Under the pieces are notes generated by a model that was given only the letters and a program-made list of their open reading frames with translations, ran no database searches and was not told where the DNA came from. Positions 13,970 to 26,371 of a stretch of 64,000 bases of DNA are shown here, piece after piece. The DNA is from Octopus sinensis (Eukaryota): positions 120,280,001-120,344,000 of the forward strand of contig NC_042998.1 of assembly GCF_006345805.1 (NCBI RefSeq), read 5' to 3'. The position numbers and the translations under genes were made by a program. Numbering within the stretch: the first letter of the stretch is position 1; every line of letters starts with the position of its first letter.

Positions 13970-14305
13970 TTACTATTTGTCTAAATACTGTATCATATTG
14001 AAATATTGTACCACATGTCTACTGTACCATTTGCCTAAATTCTGTACCACAAGAATAAAAATTTTATCACATTTAAATTACTATACCATTTGTCTGAAGG
14101 CTGTACTACATGTCTAAATACTGTACCACATGTCTAAATACTGTACCACATGTCTAAATACTGTACCACATGTCTAAATACTGTACTACATGTCTAAATA
14201 AAGTACCATATGTTTAAATACTGTACCACTTGTCTAAAAACTGTGCCACTTGTGTGAATATTGTACCACTTGTATAAATGTAACCACTGTACTATTTGCT
14301 TAAAT
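13970..14305. repeat. 20-bp minisatellite (CTGTACCACATGTCTAAATA)n, about 16 units
   Basis: Perfect units at 14121-14180, single-mismatch units at 14101-14120 and 14181-14200, degenerating outward. Confidence 0.95.
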
Positions 14306-14330
14306 ATAAATCCTTTTTTCTATCTTCCAG

Positions 14331-14432
14331 GTTCTAGCTCATCAACGTCATTTAGAACATCTGTGGCATAACAAGAAAGTGAAGTTGCACCAGAGGTTAG
14401 GTTTGCGCTTGTTTCAGCAAGATGTCAAACAG
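14331..14432 (+). CDS. trio: Trio exon 4 (102 nt, phase 0-0)
   Basis: tatcttccag|GTT ... CAG|gtacag. VLAHQRHLEHLWHNKKVKLHQRLGLRLFQQDVKQ resembles Trio VLHHQRQLENIWQHRKVRLHQRLQLCVFQQDVQQ. Confidence 0.95.
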
Positions 14433-14507
14433 GTACAGTTGTTTTTACTGCAGCTGCATTTCTTCTGACTTATATATTTTAGGAGAGAGAGACAAATGAC
14501 CAATATA

Positions 14508-14648
14508 TAAGGTTGTCCCAAAAGTTCGTAGAAAGTCTTGGAAAATAATGGTCTTTATTTTGAGGAATAATTTTTGTTGTTTTTGTTAGTACTTGGCGAG
14601 TAAAAATTCAATTTTCGCAAGTGTTTACGAACTTTTGGGACAACCTAA
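14508..14648. mobile_element. Tc1/mariner-type MITE (141 bp)
   Basis: TA duplication at 14506-14507 and 14649-14650. 23-bp TIR T(A/T)AGGTTGTCCCAAAAGTTCGTA with one mismatch, resembling mariner TTAGGTTG termini. Confidence 0.9.
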
Positions 14649-14911
14649 TATTAGAACTTGGTCTTGAATTGTGACATAGATTGTCAGTAAGATCTTTTTA
14701 GAATTGAAATATAAATTTAAAAGCTATGATTTTGATATTATAAGTCGTATATTTATTTTGAAAATAGGAATAAATATAATACTTTGTGATAATTGAAAAA
14801 AATGATTGAGGAAAACTACCCAATAAAAACAAAATAAAATGAAAACAATATGTACCTCCAGCTGCAAATACATCTATTTTTTAATGTATGCATTTGGTTT
14901 GCCTCCTTTAG

Positions 14912-15034
14912 GTGATTGATTGGCTTGATAACCATGGTGATGTTTTCCTGAAGAAAAATACATCTATAGGAAAAACTTTGCAAAGGGCTAAAGCTTTACA
15001 AAAGAGCCACGAGCATTTTGAATCTGTTGGACAA
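14912..15034 (+). CDS. trio: Trio exon 5 (123 nt, phase 0-0)
   Basis: ctcctttag|GTG ... CAA|gtaagt. VIDWLDNHGDVFLKKNTSIGKTLQRAKALQKSHEHFESVGQ has the spectrin helix-A Trp and resembles Trio VLDWIENHGEAFLSKHTGVGKSLHRARALQKRHEDFEEVAQ. Confidence 0.95.
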
Positions 15035-15575
15035 GTAAGTTAAGTTTTAATTTTTACTCACAATGAAAACATATACATGTGTACATGTGCGCACACATGC
15101 ACACACACATACAGATACATGTTTCATTTAATATACGCAGTATTTAAATATGAGTTACTAATAGTTTCATGCAGTGGAAACACTATAATTCACCAGATTT
15201 ATATATCATGCCTCGTGTCTCCAAATAATGTGTCTATTAAGTGATATGTATCTCTCACTGGCTGGAATACTTTTTTGTTGATCTTACTAATAACACCATT
15301 GTAAATGACATATATGCATAAATGAACAAACCTACCAATCATTGTCAAAATGTCTTGTTGTTAATTAAATTGTAATTCGACCAATAAGTTCATTGTTTAA
15401 GAGGAAAATGTTTTCTTTTTTCAGTATTTACATCTACACAATATATTGGTTAATTTTCACTGGAGATGTATTTAATACCAGACTGGATTTGAACTAAAAA
15501 CCTATATTTTTAAACTAAGGATAATAACCTATGTGTCATTTGTGTAGGGAAAATGATTATGACTACCCTTAGGTT

Positions 15576-15752
15576 AGGTGGCAAGCTGGATGAAATGTTT
15601 AGCAGTATTTTGCCCATCACTACAGTCTGAGTTCAAATTTCACCATGGTCAGCGCCCTTTTGGGGTCGATAAATTTAGTACCATTAAAAGGCGGATTTAT
15701 GTAATCAACTAGTTGCTTCCCCACAAATTTCAAGCATTATGCCTTTATTATT
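15576..15752 (+). mobile_element. tRNA-derived SINE family C (head aaggcggcgagctggcagaat, (ATT)n tail), degenerate
   Basis: ctgagttcaaat B-box-like motif and gggtcgataaatt.agtacca body, shared with about 25 other copies in the window. Confidence 0.75.
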
Positions 15753-15825
15753 ACCTTAAGCTAAAAATTCAGCTATTTCTCATGTGTTGTTCTTGCATAT
15801 AACTGATTGGTAGCCTAATTGTTAA

Positions 15826-16899
15826 CCATTTCAATACCAAACCGCCCGAAAAAATTTTGGTTAATGTGACCAAACCGCCCAAAGCCGCCCGAATTTACCT
15901 ATTCATATTTAAATGAGAATATCAGAGCAAATCTCTTTAGTACATTCGTGAAAACACGTATTATACTTTGTAAACAGTTCAACTACAGTTTTGTACAAAA
16001 ATCGAAGTGTAATTTTAATTCTGTGAATTTGGGGAGATTTTTTTCCGAAATTTGTTCCTATTGTGTTTTCAAAATTTGTAATTCTCTCAAAAAATGGATA
16101 TGAATTTCATTATATCAAGCAGCAAGTCAGAATTCGAAGGATTTTCTACTGAAGACCTTCATAAATCTAACTCTATGACTGAAAAAAAAAGCACGTGGTA
16201 TTTGATAATGAATCTGATGTTTCATTTTCCGAAAGTGAAAACAGTGAATCCGAGAGCTCCGACAGCGATAAAGAAAATGAATTGGCACCTGAATGGAGTG
16301 AAAATTTAAAAACTGTTTCTTTCAGTGATTTTTCTGAAGAAACTGGACCAAGCCACAGACTTTCCCAGAAGAGTAAAGCCTTAGACTATTTCTTTTTACT
16401 TTTTCGAATGAGCCTATTTGAAATCATTACGGCAGAAACGAACCGTTGCGCTAAATGTAAACAAAACGAAAGAGAGGATAGTTAGTGGTTTCCCATAACC
16501 TTAAATGAAATTAAGACTATTTTGCCATAAATATTATTATGGGTATCAGAAAGTTACCCAGAATAACAAATTCTATCGTAAAATTTTGTTGTATACCCAA
16601 TTGAATTTTAGCTAATAACCCATTTTCTATAGCGATGTTTGAACAAAATTTTAATAATTTTATATTTTGTTGAATTTACCTGTATCTACCTGCAATTAGG
16701 GTCGCTTTGTGACAAAAATTATAGTATAGAATTGGTTGAGAACATTTCATTAAATTATCTTCCAAAATTCACGTTAATATATTGATAAATAAAAAAGTTA
16801 TAGTTGTTTAATGAAACCAGACTAAATTTATGATTACATTAGAAATTAATTGAAACACATAAGGGGTGTATTTTGGTCAGAAATATAGTTATGAAAGGG
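15826..16899 (+). mobile_element. piggyBac internal-deletion derivative with a transposase N-terminal pseudo-ORF
   Basis: TTAA at 15822-15825 and 16900-16903; termini CCATTTCA/TGAAAGGG. Acidic Ser-rich N-terminus, then FSEETGPSHRL...ALDYFFLLF...IITAETNRCA..WFPITLNEIK..NIIMGIRKLP (PGBD / DDE_Tnp_1_7 N-terminal motifs), frameshifted. Confidence 0.88.
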
Positions 16900-17874
16900 T
16901 TAAAGAATATTATTACTAAGTTAAGAAATAGAGTTCCTAATCTGATACTATGTACATATCTAGGAATAGGACATCAGACAATGATTGGAGATTGAACTGA
17001 TCAAAACAAAGTAGGTGTAAATGTTAATTAATCCCTTTAGATATTTTAATATGGGTATTTGCAATCTGATTAATCAATTACATATTTAAAATTTTAGGAT
17101 GTCTTCCCCTCAGTGTGGATTTAAAAAAAAAAATTATGTATTTATTTTTTCCCCATTGTTGCTTAAATACTTTGGTTTAGTTTAGGTACTTAATGACATT
17201 TCTTACTTAAAATATCTTCCTTTTCTCACTGAAATATTGTCTGTTTTCACCCTTTGATGACAAACTTGAAAGTAAGTAACAGATGTTATTGCCACATATA
17301 GGGTGAATTTTAAACTCCAAAAATTTCTTGATTAACATAGCAATTATAATAATTATAACAAGAAAATAATAATTTCTAAAATAAGAACAAAGCAACAAAT
17401 TTTTAAGAGAGGGTATAGTTTCTCTCTCCTCTTCCTGTCATAGGCACAAGGCCATGCATTGTTAAGAAGGGTTTAGCTGTTTAGATTGGTCCTTGTAGTT
17501 GACTGGAAGTATTTTTTTTCCTAACCATAGAAAGACAAAAATCAAAATCATTGTCAAGAAGATTGGAACTCAGAAAGTAAATATGCCAAAGTATTTAATC
17601 TAACGTTCTTATGCATTATCTTTATTTGAGTAAATATAAATTGTTAAATGATTTCAATAGATTTCTCAATGGAAATACTTCATTCTTTGTTTATATATAA
17701 CAGTAATAAATTTTATCTGTATCTTGTGAATTTAGGTTATATCTTAGCAGTGGTATTTAATGTTCTAATATTGAAGTGTGGAAACAACCCTCCAGTATTT
17801 GAACATTATCACATTATCAGTTGTTTACAGTAACTCAGTTCTGTTGTATATATAAAAATACATCAGCATATATA

Positions 17875-18297
17875 AAGGTGTGGCTATGTCGTTAAGAAGG
17901 TTGCTTTCTGACCAGAAGGTTTCAGGTTTACTCTGCTATGTGGTACCTTGGATTAGCATCTTTTACTATTGCTGTGGGTTGACCAAAGTCTGGTGATTGG
18001 ATTTGGTAGATGGAAACTAAAAGAAGCATGTTGTCTATATGTGTGTGCATGCATATATGTGTATCTCTTTGTTTTGACATCACATGATAGTTGTAAATTA
18101 TAGTCGCTGTCATACAAGCAGAGTAATTTATTTCTAATGTTCTGCAAGAACATGTCTGATCATAAGGAAATATTATCTTGCTTGGAAACAGGTGAAGGTT
18201 GGTGACAGAAAGGCATCTGGGTGTATAAAATCTGTTGCAATAAACTCTGATCTCATGCAAGCAAGGAAAAATGGACATTAAATGATGATGATAATGA
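17875..18297 (+). mobile_element. tRNA-derived SINE with RTE-like 3' tail (family E)
   Basis: Head related to the SINE at 18617, central (TG/TA) tract, tail ...ggacattaaatgatgatgat. A second copy lies at 19787-20190. Confidence 0.85.
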
Positions 18298-18616
18298 AAC
18301 ACAATATGGACAGTGGATGGTGGAATCCACAGGGTAGTGGACAGAATTCATTGTTGTTTTTGGTTACATACATGTTGATTTTGTGCTCAAATTCTGCCCA
18401 GATTGATTTTGCCTTTCATTTTATTGAAGGTCACTAAATGCCTATAAAGTACTTGGTTTGATATAACTGGCTGTATCTTTGATGGTTTTGTCTTTGTAAT
18501 AGAAAATTCCATGAACGAAACCAGTAAAAGAACAAAGAATACATGACCTTGATTTAAAAGCCAAGCTAATTCATGTACATGTAATGAAAACATAGTATAC
18601 ATGTAATAAAAACATA

Positions 18617-19007
18617 GGCGCAGGAGTGGCTGTGTGGTAAGTAGCTTGCTTACCAACCACATGGTTCTGGGTTCATTCCCACTGTGTGGCACCTTGGGCC
18701 TCACTATTATAGCCTCAGGCCAACCAAAGCCTTGTGAGTGGATTTGGGAGATGGAAACTGAAAGAAGCCTGTCGTATATATGTGTATATATATGTTTGTG
18801 TGTCTGTGTTTATCTCCCCAACATCGCTTGACAACCGATGGTGGTGTGTTTACGTCCCCGTAACTTAGCGGTTTGGCAAAAGAGACTGATAGAATAAGTA
18901 CTAGGCTTCCAAAGAATAAGTCCTGGGGTCGATTTGCTTGACTGAAGGTGGTGCTCCAGCATGGCCGCAGTCAAATGACTGAAACAAGTAAAAGAGTAAA
19001 GAGAGTA
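18617..19007 (+). mobile_element. Full-length tRNA-derived SINE family A
   Basis: GGCGCAGGAGTGGCTGTGTGGTAAG head with A/B-box-like motifs, internal (TA/TG) tract and (AAAGAGTA)n tail. Close to the minus copy at 30370-31148. Confidence 0.92.
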
Positions 19008-19717
19008 CCATGATTTTCAATTTCTTTAGCTGTATATTTCCTATCCTCTGCCCTGAATTAGACACGTTAAGGATATTCTGTGATGTACAGAATATGGTGA
19101 GTAATAATTTATGCAAACATTGGTCAACATTGGTTTATCTCTTTCAGTGCATCTGACTGGTATAAAAAGTTTGATGACAACCTGATGAGATTTGAGCAGG
19201 CTCTAAGTCTGGGTTTTATCTAAAGTAATCTTTGTAGTAAGATGAAATATATTTACTCATACATAATAGAACATAAATCTTTAATTTGTAAAGTAGCAGT
19301 TGGAGAGAGGCAATGAAAGAACCTCCACATGGTTGCTTGATTTGGTAGAAATAGCAACCAAATATCCATCTCTTAAAGAATAAAGACATATTGAATAATG
19401 TAGTCCTAGGTATCATATATTTGACTGAAAGTCACTTTTGTTTATCACTTTATATGATCAGGAGTAATCTAGGACTAAATAACAACAACTCTGTAAGTGT
19501 AGACATGTGATGTATAAGAAAGATAAAATAAAGTGTTGTTTATATTGTTGTGGTTTCCATAGAGTAGATATTACTCTATGGTGACAAATGTAGTTTTGTA
19601 TTGGTGACAATAACCACAGTTTAACAATAAGATGTTAACTGGTCCATTTTGTATTGTATCAATAGTCATAAGAAAAGAAATTAATAATGCAAGTAATTTG
19701 AATTTAAATTTTTAGTA

Positions 19718-19774
19718 GTCTGTATGATACAGTTGTTAACCGAAAGGTTGGTGGTTCAAGTCCACCTAGGATTG
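19718..19774 (+). pseudogene. tRNA-Asn(GTT) pseudogene lacking the D-arm
   Basis: TGTTAACCGAAAGGTTGGTGGTTCAAGTCCACCTAGG matches the 3' half of eukaryotic tRNA-Asn. Intact T-stem GGTGG/CCACC and GTT anticodon; the 5' part is decayed and about 17 nt are deleted. Confidence 0.75.
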
Positions 19775-19786
19775 TATGGTGCATAA

Positions 19787-20190
19787 AGCACAGCTATGGT
19801 TGTGTGATTGAGAAGCTTGCTTCCTAGCCATGTGATCGTGGTTCAATACCACTGCATAGCACTTTAGGCGAGTGCCTTTTCCTATAGCCCTAGATTGATC
19901 AAAACCTGAGGATAAATTGGGTGACCAAAAGAAGCCCATCGTGTGTGTTTGCATGTGTGTATCTTTGTCGTGACATCATTGAATAATTGTAAATGAGCAT
20001 CATCATCATGCAAGTGATGTTGTTTGTTTCAGTTTTCCATGAAAAATATGTCTAGATATGAGAAAATATTACCCTTAAGCAAACTAAGGTTGGCTACAGG
20101 AAAGTCATCTGGCTGTAGAAAACCTGTCTCAACAAGTTCTGCCTGACCTATACAAGCATGAAAAATTGGATGTTAAATGATGAGGATGAG
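19787..20190 (+). mobile_element. SINE family E copy
   Basis: Collinear with 17875-18297. Confidence 0.85.
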
Positions 20191-20652
20191 GACTGCCTTT
20201 GAAAAAGCTTGAATGTCTTAGTATTCTCTCCCTTTCTTCCTCTGTCCCCCTTAGAGAATTTGTTTATGGAAGAAATCAGTATTGTTCAACAAGTTATTGT
20301 TGCCATGTATTGATCATTCTTACTTCAGTTCATTGAACTGACCATTTCTTAAACATTCTTAATAATAGACATTATTAACAGAACTAAGCACCTATTCTTA
20401 CCTTAGTAATACTCCTGATGGAACTGGCCATTTTTTTCATCATTCCTACTTTATTAACATAATTGTAGAACTGACTGTCTATTACTCATTCTTATCTCTG
20501 TCAACCATCTGTTGTCCATGCTAGACATGCTGGAACCTTGTCTATTAACCCTTGATGTTTTAATAGATATACTGGAACTGGTCTTATATTGACCATTCTT
20601 CCTTTATTGACATAATGATGGAACTGATTGTCTGTTAACCATTCTATCTTAA

Positions 20653-20870
20653 CCCTTTGGCATTTAAACTGGCCATATCCAGCCAAAATATTTTACCAGT
20701 TTAATGTTCAAAGCAGCCAGATTCAGCTCCTCACACCTGCCTTACAATGTCATTCTAAAAATAAACAATCACATCATAAAAATCTTGAAGCTATGAGATA
20801 AGGCACAATTATTTCAAAACTGTGAATAAATAAGCATTATATTTGCCAGAGTAATCTGAGCACTAAAGGG
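20653..20870. mobile_element. piggyBac-type MITE family 2 (TTAA-flanked, CCCTTTAGC-like TIR)
   Basis: TTAA at 20649-20652 and 20871-20874. The body is homologous to 51604-51825 (opposite orientation) and to 59455-59678. Confidence 0.85.
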
Positions 20871-23693
20871 TTAATAGATATGTAGGTGGAACTCATCATC
20901 TGTTGTTTACTTAAATTAATAATAAACCTGATGGTAAATAGACCCATCTGTTAGAGATTCTTGCTATTGTAATTGACATGTTGGTAATAGTGACCCTCAG
21001 TTGACTATAGCTTTCTAAGTCATTTCTTCCTATAATATGGGAGCACTCCATCAATTTCAAACTATCCTGTATTTCTGATCATTAATAAAACCATTTTAGG
21101 TTACAGTCTAATGAGCTAGTTTAATTGCAATGAAGCACTTGTTTGAGTTAGAATCTGTGACATTGGGATATAATTAAATGAAAGTCTTCATGTGTCCAAG
21201 TTACCCTGAAAAATGATGTTCTGTTCATTTTCCTGTAAAGTCAACATTTGTTGTAGTTCTTGTTTGATATAGGGTCAAACAACAGAGCTTTAATCAGATA
21301 CAGCCTGAATTATATTTCTAGCATATTGTTTCTAAGACTGCATTGTCCTATCCATGTTATTCCTCATTCCATTTTCAAGATGGAGGGAGATTTGGCTACT
21401 ATTTCTAGCAGGTTGAGCAAATGTGTAGAGGCTCTCTCTAATGGTTTCTTAGTACATGCATTAAACTTCTTTAAATTGCATTTCATTAAAAAAAGAATGA
21501 AGGAAATCTTTTCTTCTTTAGTTGATATTTGTATGCTGTATTACAGTATAGTTAATATTTTTGTTTTTAGTTGCTTTTTTTTTAAAGTGGTAGTGGGGTT
21601 AATTAAAAATGGAAGAATTATCTTGCAAAATATTGGATGTCAATTAGTGTTGGGAGGGTAAGAGCAAATAACAAACTCTTGGGATTATTGATTCTCTGCT
21701 GGGAGTTGCTGCAAGCATTCCATTATACACAGGTGATGTTCAGTTTGAAACAGGTGATGGGACAGGCGGACTGTCAGCATAGCTTTGCTCTCATTGTTAC
21801 TAAATAGATAATTTTTCTTTGGAAACAGCTGCATCTGCAGTGATTCTGCACAATTCTATTATAACTTTACTGTTCTTACTGCAGAAAACTGTTGATTTCT
21901 TATTTCTTTTTCTTCCAGAAGTCCTTAGATGATGATGATTATTATTATTATTATATTTTTTTATGTTACTGAGCTTTTTGTAGTTATTTTTCTTTTACTG
22001 TAGCATTTGATCTCTTTGATAAATTATGGGATCTTATCTGAACATTTTGATTAAATAATTAAGCTACTTATGACTATTTATACTTACATTTAATCTTAAT
22101 GCTCTCACCCCATGTTCTGGCTTGTTAAGCATGGTATCTAATTTAGTTTTAAATCTAAGATATTATTCAAAAAAGAAACTCTAACAATTACTATGGCTTA
22201 TTACAGTTGTATTCATTCCAATTTCACCATGAATGACGAATTTTACATGATATGAGGTAAGATGGGACCACATAACAACTTTATCTTATGTATAAAGATC
22301 ATTATTACATATTAAATCATTGTTACTGGCTTCTTGTCACTGTTAGAGATATAATATGTAAGTAACGGCATATCTGGCTATATAAGTATAATTGAGCCAA
22401 AGAGAAAGAACTTCTTTGTGATCTCTTGGCCTGTTCAAATAGCAACAAAATCTTGCTCAAATCACACCCTACAGCCCTGTAAATGAAAGTATTGAATACT
22501 CTAGTTCAACATATGTAGTGCTTGAGAAAAGGATGTGATGGTTATGGCTAGATTGCCTTTGATCATATATCTGCTTGGCTAGGGGTTATTTGATGTGCCT
22601 CCCCTGCCAAAACAACAAAAAAGAAGAAAAACCAAAACAAATGTAATCTGATGTAAGTTCTTTTCTTCTCTTTCTTAGATACTGTTTAAAATTGATATGA
22701 CTTTAGATCATGGTAGCCAAAACAAGCCACAATTTTATGGCTAAAGTGGTTTTTGTGTTGAAACAATTTTATTTTTACAGTCAGATAATCTTACCATTAA
22801 CCACTCAACCATGAAGTCAGTAGAACTTGTTAGGAAATCTGGATTAAGAAAAGTTGACCAATTAGGCAGAAAAATATTCAAAAATGTCTTGCTAATTCTA
22901 ATGAAATAACCAGAAAATATTTTAATCTTTAAAACAAACTGTGATACTATCAAATTATGTTGTTTTACAATAGATATCTAATAATATATAGAAGAACATA
23001 GATTATACCAATTTATTTATTTATTTTTTAATTCTTTAGCAATTTCTCTCATGTCTGTTTTCCCACACAGTTTTAGTTATGTTCAGGCTTAGCAACAGTT
23101 AAGCCTTAATTATTTGTTAAGAACAAGTCATAATGATAACCATAATGAAATACTCCCAATAATTGTTCAGTTGTACAGGTAGTAAATGTATACCTATTAA
23201 TATTATGGAGATTGTAACATGTCCCATCACCAACTCCGTCATATTTTAAGATTAATATCATAGTTTGAAAGTAGTTATATCTGGGAACATGCAACTGTTA
23301 TGGACACATGCACAGTTATCTTAGACCACACCAAACATAAGCCTATCTCTATGGATTGATAAAGACTTATATTTGCAACCACTGATCACAGATGCATTGT
23401 TACTTTGTTCTATACTATTACTATATTAGCTTCTTTTCATCTAAGTTAATGTGGCAGTGTCTGTTCTAAACTGTTTCACCTCCTAAACTCTGCTCTAAAT
23501 ACTTTGCTCACTTCTTTCTCTTCAGAACCATATTTGGTTGGAGTTGCCCTCTCTGTTGTCTTTTTGCTATGAGCATCAACTTATTGAAATTCAGGTTGAA
23601 CATTAACTATATGAATCTCATCCCTTTCAGAGAGCTTGCAATAGTTATGGGTACTTTCATTCTTTCTCTGATTTAATCAGGATAATGATAAAT

Positions 23694-23903
23694 TCTAACA
23701 TAGGTGCAGGGCTATAAATTTTAAAGGGTAGATGGTTAGCCAATTAAATTGATCCAGTACTCTACTGGTATTATATTACCAACTTAGCCTTCCATTCAAA
23801 AAGATGGATGGCAAAGTTTGCATTGGCCGAATTTGAACTTGGAATGTAATGAACTAGAACAAATACTGTAAGCATTTTGTTTTGTGATGTAATGATTCTG
23901 CCT
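23694..23903 (-). mobile_element. SINE family C, degenerate
   Basis: gatggcaaagt...gaatttgaact...aagcatttt...aatgattctgcc motifs. Confidence 0.75.
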
Positions 23904-25433
23904 CAGTTGTTATAACAGTAAAACACTGCATATTTTATTGTAGTGGGCACAAATAATGAAATCAACCCAGTAGATAACTGGTATTTCAAAATTGTTATTG
24001 CCTCAGTTCAGCCTTTGTTAAGCAGAGTGATGATCGAAGATGCTGCATCTATGACCATCCTGTCTTTATGAATATCAGGTCTTAAATTGTATCCCTCTCT
24101 TTTTTAATTTTTTTAAGATAGTCAGTTGTAGCTTGAGGGAGATGTAACTGTTGTTTCTAATTGGCTGAATGATTGTATTGAGACCTCTTGTTTGAAGTAT
24201 TTGTATTGTTTTATTGGTAACCTATGTAAACTGACAAATATAGAGGCAATATCAGCTGTTTATATAATCTCAGCACAAGACTGAAACTAATCCAACTGAT
24301 AATTCTTTTTCTGTCCATTGTATATTATTGTATTGAAATTTTTAATAAAAAAACAAGGTATTTTCATCTGTTGGTTAAAATCTACAGATATATTTTGTAT
24401 AGCAGTGATGTAATTACAGTTGAAAATGAAGTTGATAGAGCAATATCGAGAATTAAAGACAGAAGTTTTGAGAACTGCTACTTTTATTGAAAACCAAAGG
24501 TTTCCACCACTTTATGTTAAGAGTAAGCTGTATAAAAAATACAAATAAGGGTAATGGTCTGTGACTGAGTCTTTACAGCAGATGGAGAAAAATGAATTGA
24601 CCAGCTTATTAAAGCGTGCAGGTTTGAGTGTAAGTGATTTGAGAGAGAATAATTGGAAACTGGGGTTGTTGGTCCATGGAGCTAAAGTAATAAGTAGACC
24701 TGTGATTAATGTTGCCTTGTCATGACTATTCTATCTTTATTTGGACAGAGTGTATCGTGCATTATCCAATGTGTTGTTTTTTTAAGATGGTAGCATATGA
24801 ATTATAGGAGATGGATTTGATTACTATTTTTAGCATGTTGAGTGACCATGAAAAAGCTTCCTTTTGGCTTTAGTATGAACATGTAATATGAATGAATAAA
24901 AGATGCTAGAGTGGGGATGGTTCTGTAGTAGTTTGCAGAAGACAGCATTTGATAAGTCAGTCATTGTTAGGACTGATCAGATGAGATGAGTAAGGATTGA
25001 GAAGTCTGGAAATAGTAATACAGGCTCAGTTCGTCTGCTGATATTAAGCCAACAGATAATGAGGATAATGGCAATGATGATGATGACTGTGAAGAATTAT
25101 ATTTCTAAGAGGCTTAGTTTAATCTAAATGATATTACACAATGAATAAATGTATATTTTTGGAATCTTGGATTTAGTTGCTTTCACGGAATTAGAAGAGT
25201 TAATAACTGCCATCATTTCAGTCAGTATTATTGGCTGATCAATGTTATTAAAGGAAGTTAAACCCTTGTAAAATACTGGTGCCTAAATATTTTTTCAGAT
25301 AAAATACTGGTGCCTGAATATGCTTTCAGATTATGTTACAAAATGAATATTATATTTTGAAAATATTTAAAGGATACTGCAAGAAATAGCTAAAAACTAA
25401 TTTCTCGATATCAATTTTTAAATAGTTGCAGAA

Positions 25434-25435
<2 letters not shown>

Positions 25436-25502
<67 letters not shown>
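25436..25502. repeat. (TA)n microsatellite
   Basis: Direct reading. Confidence 0.95.
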
Positions 25503-25507
<5 letters not shown>

Positions 25508-26371
25508 GTTTTTCTTTATTGATTTAATTCTATTATTAGCATATTGAGTTAATTAAAGTGTTGAAAGTGCCGATAAGTCAAATTAAAATATATTGACAAA
25601 AGGTAATATTTAATGACTTTGCACCTTGAAAGGATTCCAGTTCCAATTTCATGTTTAATGATTTGAATAAGAGGCAGATATTTAGAGGGTTTCTAGTATA
25701 GTGTTTCAATGAAGGTAGGATTAAATAACAGTGCATGCATATTTGGTACGTTTAGTACTAGTGGTTTGACTTGAAACCCATTCATACATCATCTGAGTAA
25801 AATTGCTTGGTAGTTGAATTGCATATTTGCTGGGTGATGTTGAAAACACAATAACAATTCACTGCCACCACTACCTTTTTTACATCTACTTTTTCCATGC
25901 TAATGAGTTTGATGAGAGTTATCGAAATAGTTTTCAACAACTGGTTGCTCTTTCTGTTACCAATCCTTACTTGTGTTTCATGTGTTTATTCCATTGGTCT
26001 TCACATGCCATGAAACCACTTAGGGATAGGATGGAACATTTTGTTTATGACAGATATAAACACTGTCTCCATTTTTTTGTTTCATTTGGTGACAATGTGA
26101 AAACACATGGAAATTTACACAGATGTCTATACTTGAGCATGCATGCACAGACACTAATTACCAGCTTCCATGCAGTTTCTGGCTTACCAAGTGGATCAGT
26201 CCCATGCTATAGCAAGGACATTTACTTAAGGTACTATGCAGTTGAGTGAAACCTGAAAATGCCTGATTGCAAAACAAATTCCTTAAGCACAGAGAGATAC
26301 TTGTGTATTAAAATTTTTTTTTTGTAATTGTTAATAATTTTAAAGAAAATCTTTCTTGAAATATATATATA

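Noticed and set aside
13970-14305. Regularly repeated units as a CRISPR-like array
   Set aside because: Head-to-tail 20-bp units without unique spacers, in eukaryotic intronic DNA; this is a minisatellite.
18617-18690. SINE heads (also 30880-30954, 45045-45130, 56358-56420) as tRNA genes
   Set aside because: No complete cloverleaf, and each continues into a multi-copy SINE body.
21260-21661. 133-aa ORF
   Set aside because: Crosses an antisense AAC-tail repeat fragment, has AT-rich compositional bias and no recognisable motif.
22679-22712. Strong acceptor followed by a 34-nt pseudo-exon (another strong acceptor at 21918)
   Set aside because: Weak or absent donor and frame-shifting length; typical decoy sites.
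25827-26249. 140-aa ORF (longest in the track)
   Set aside because: The 3' part overlaps a decayed antisense SINE head; no splice support or recognisable domain.
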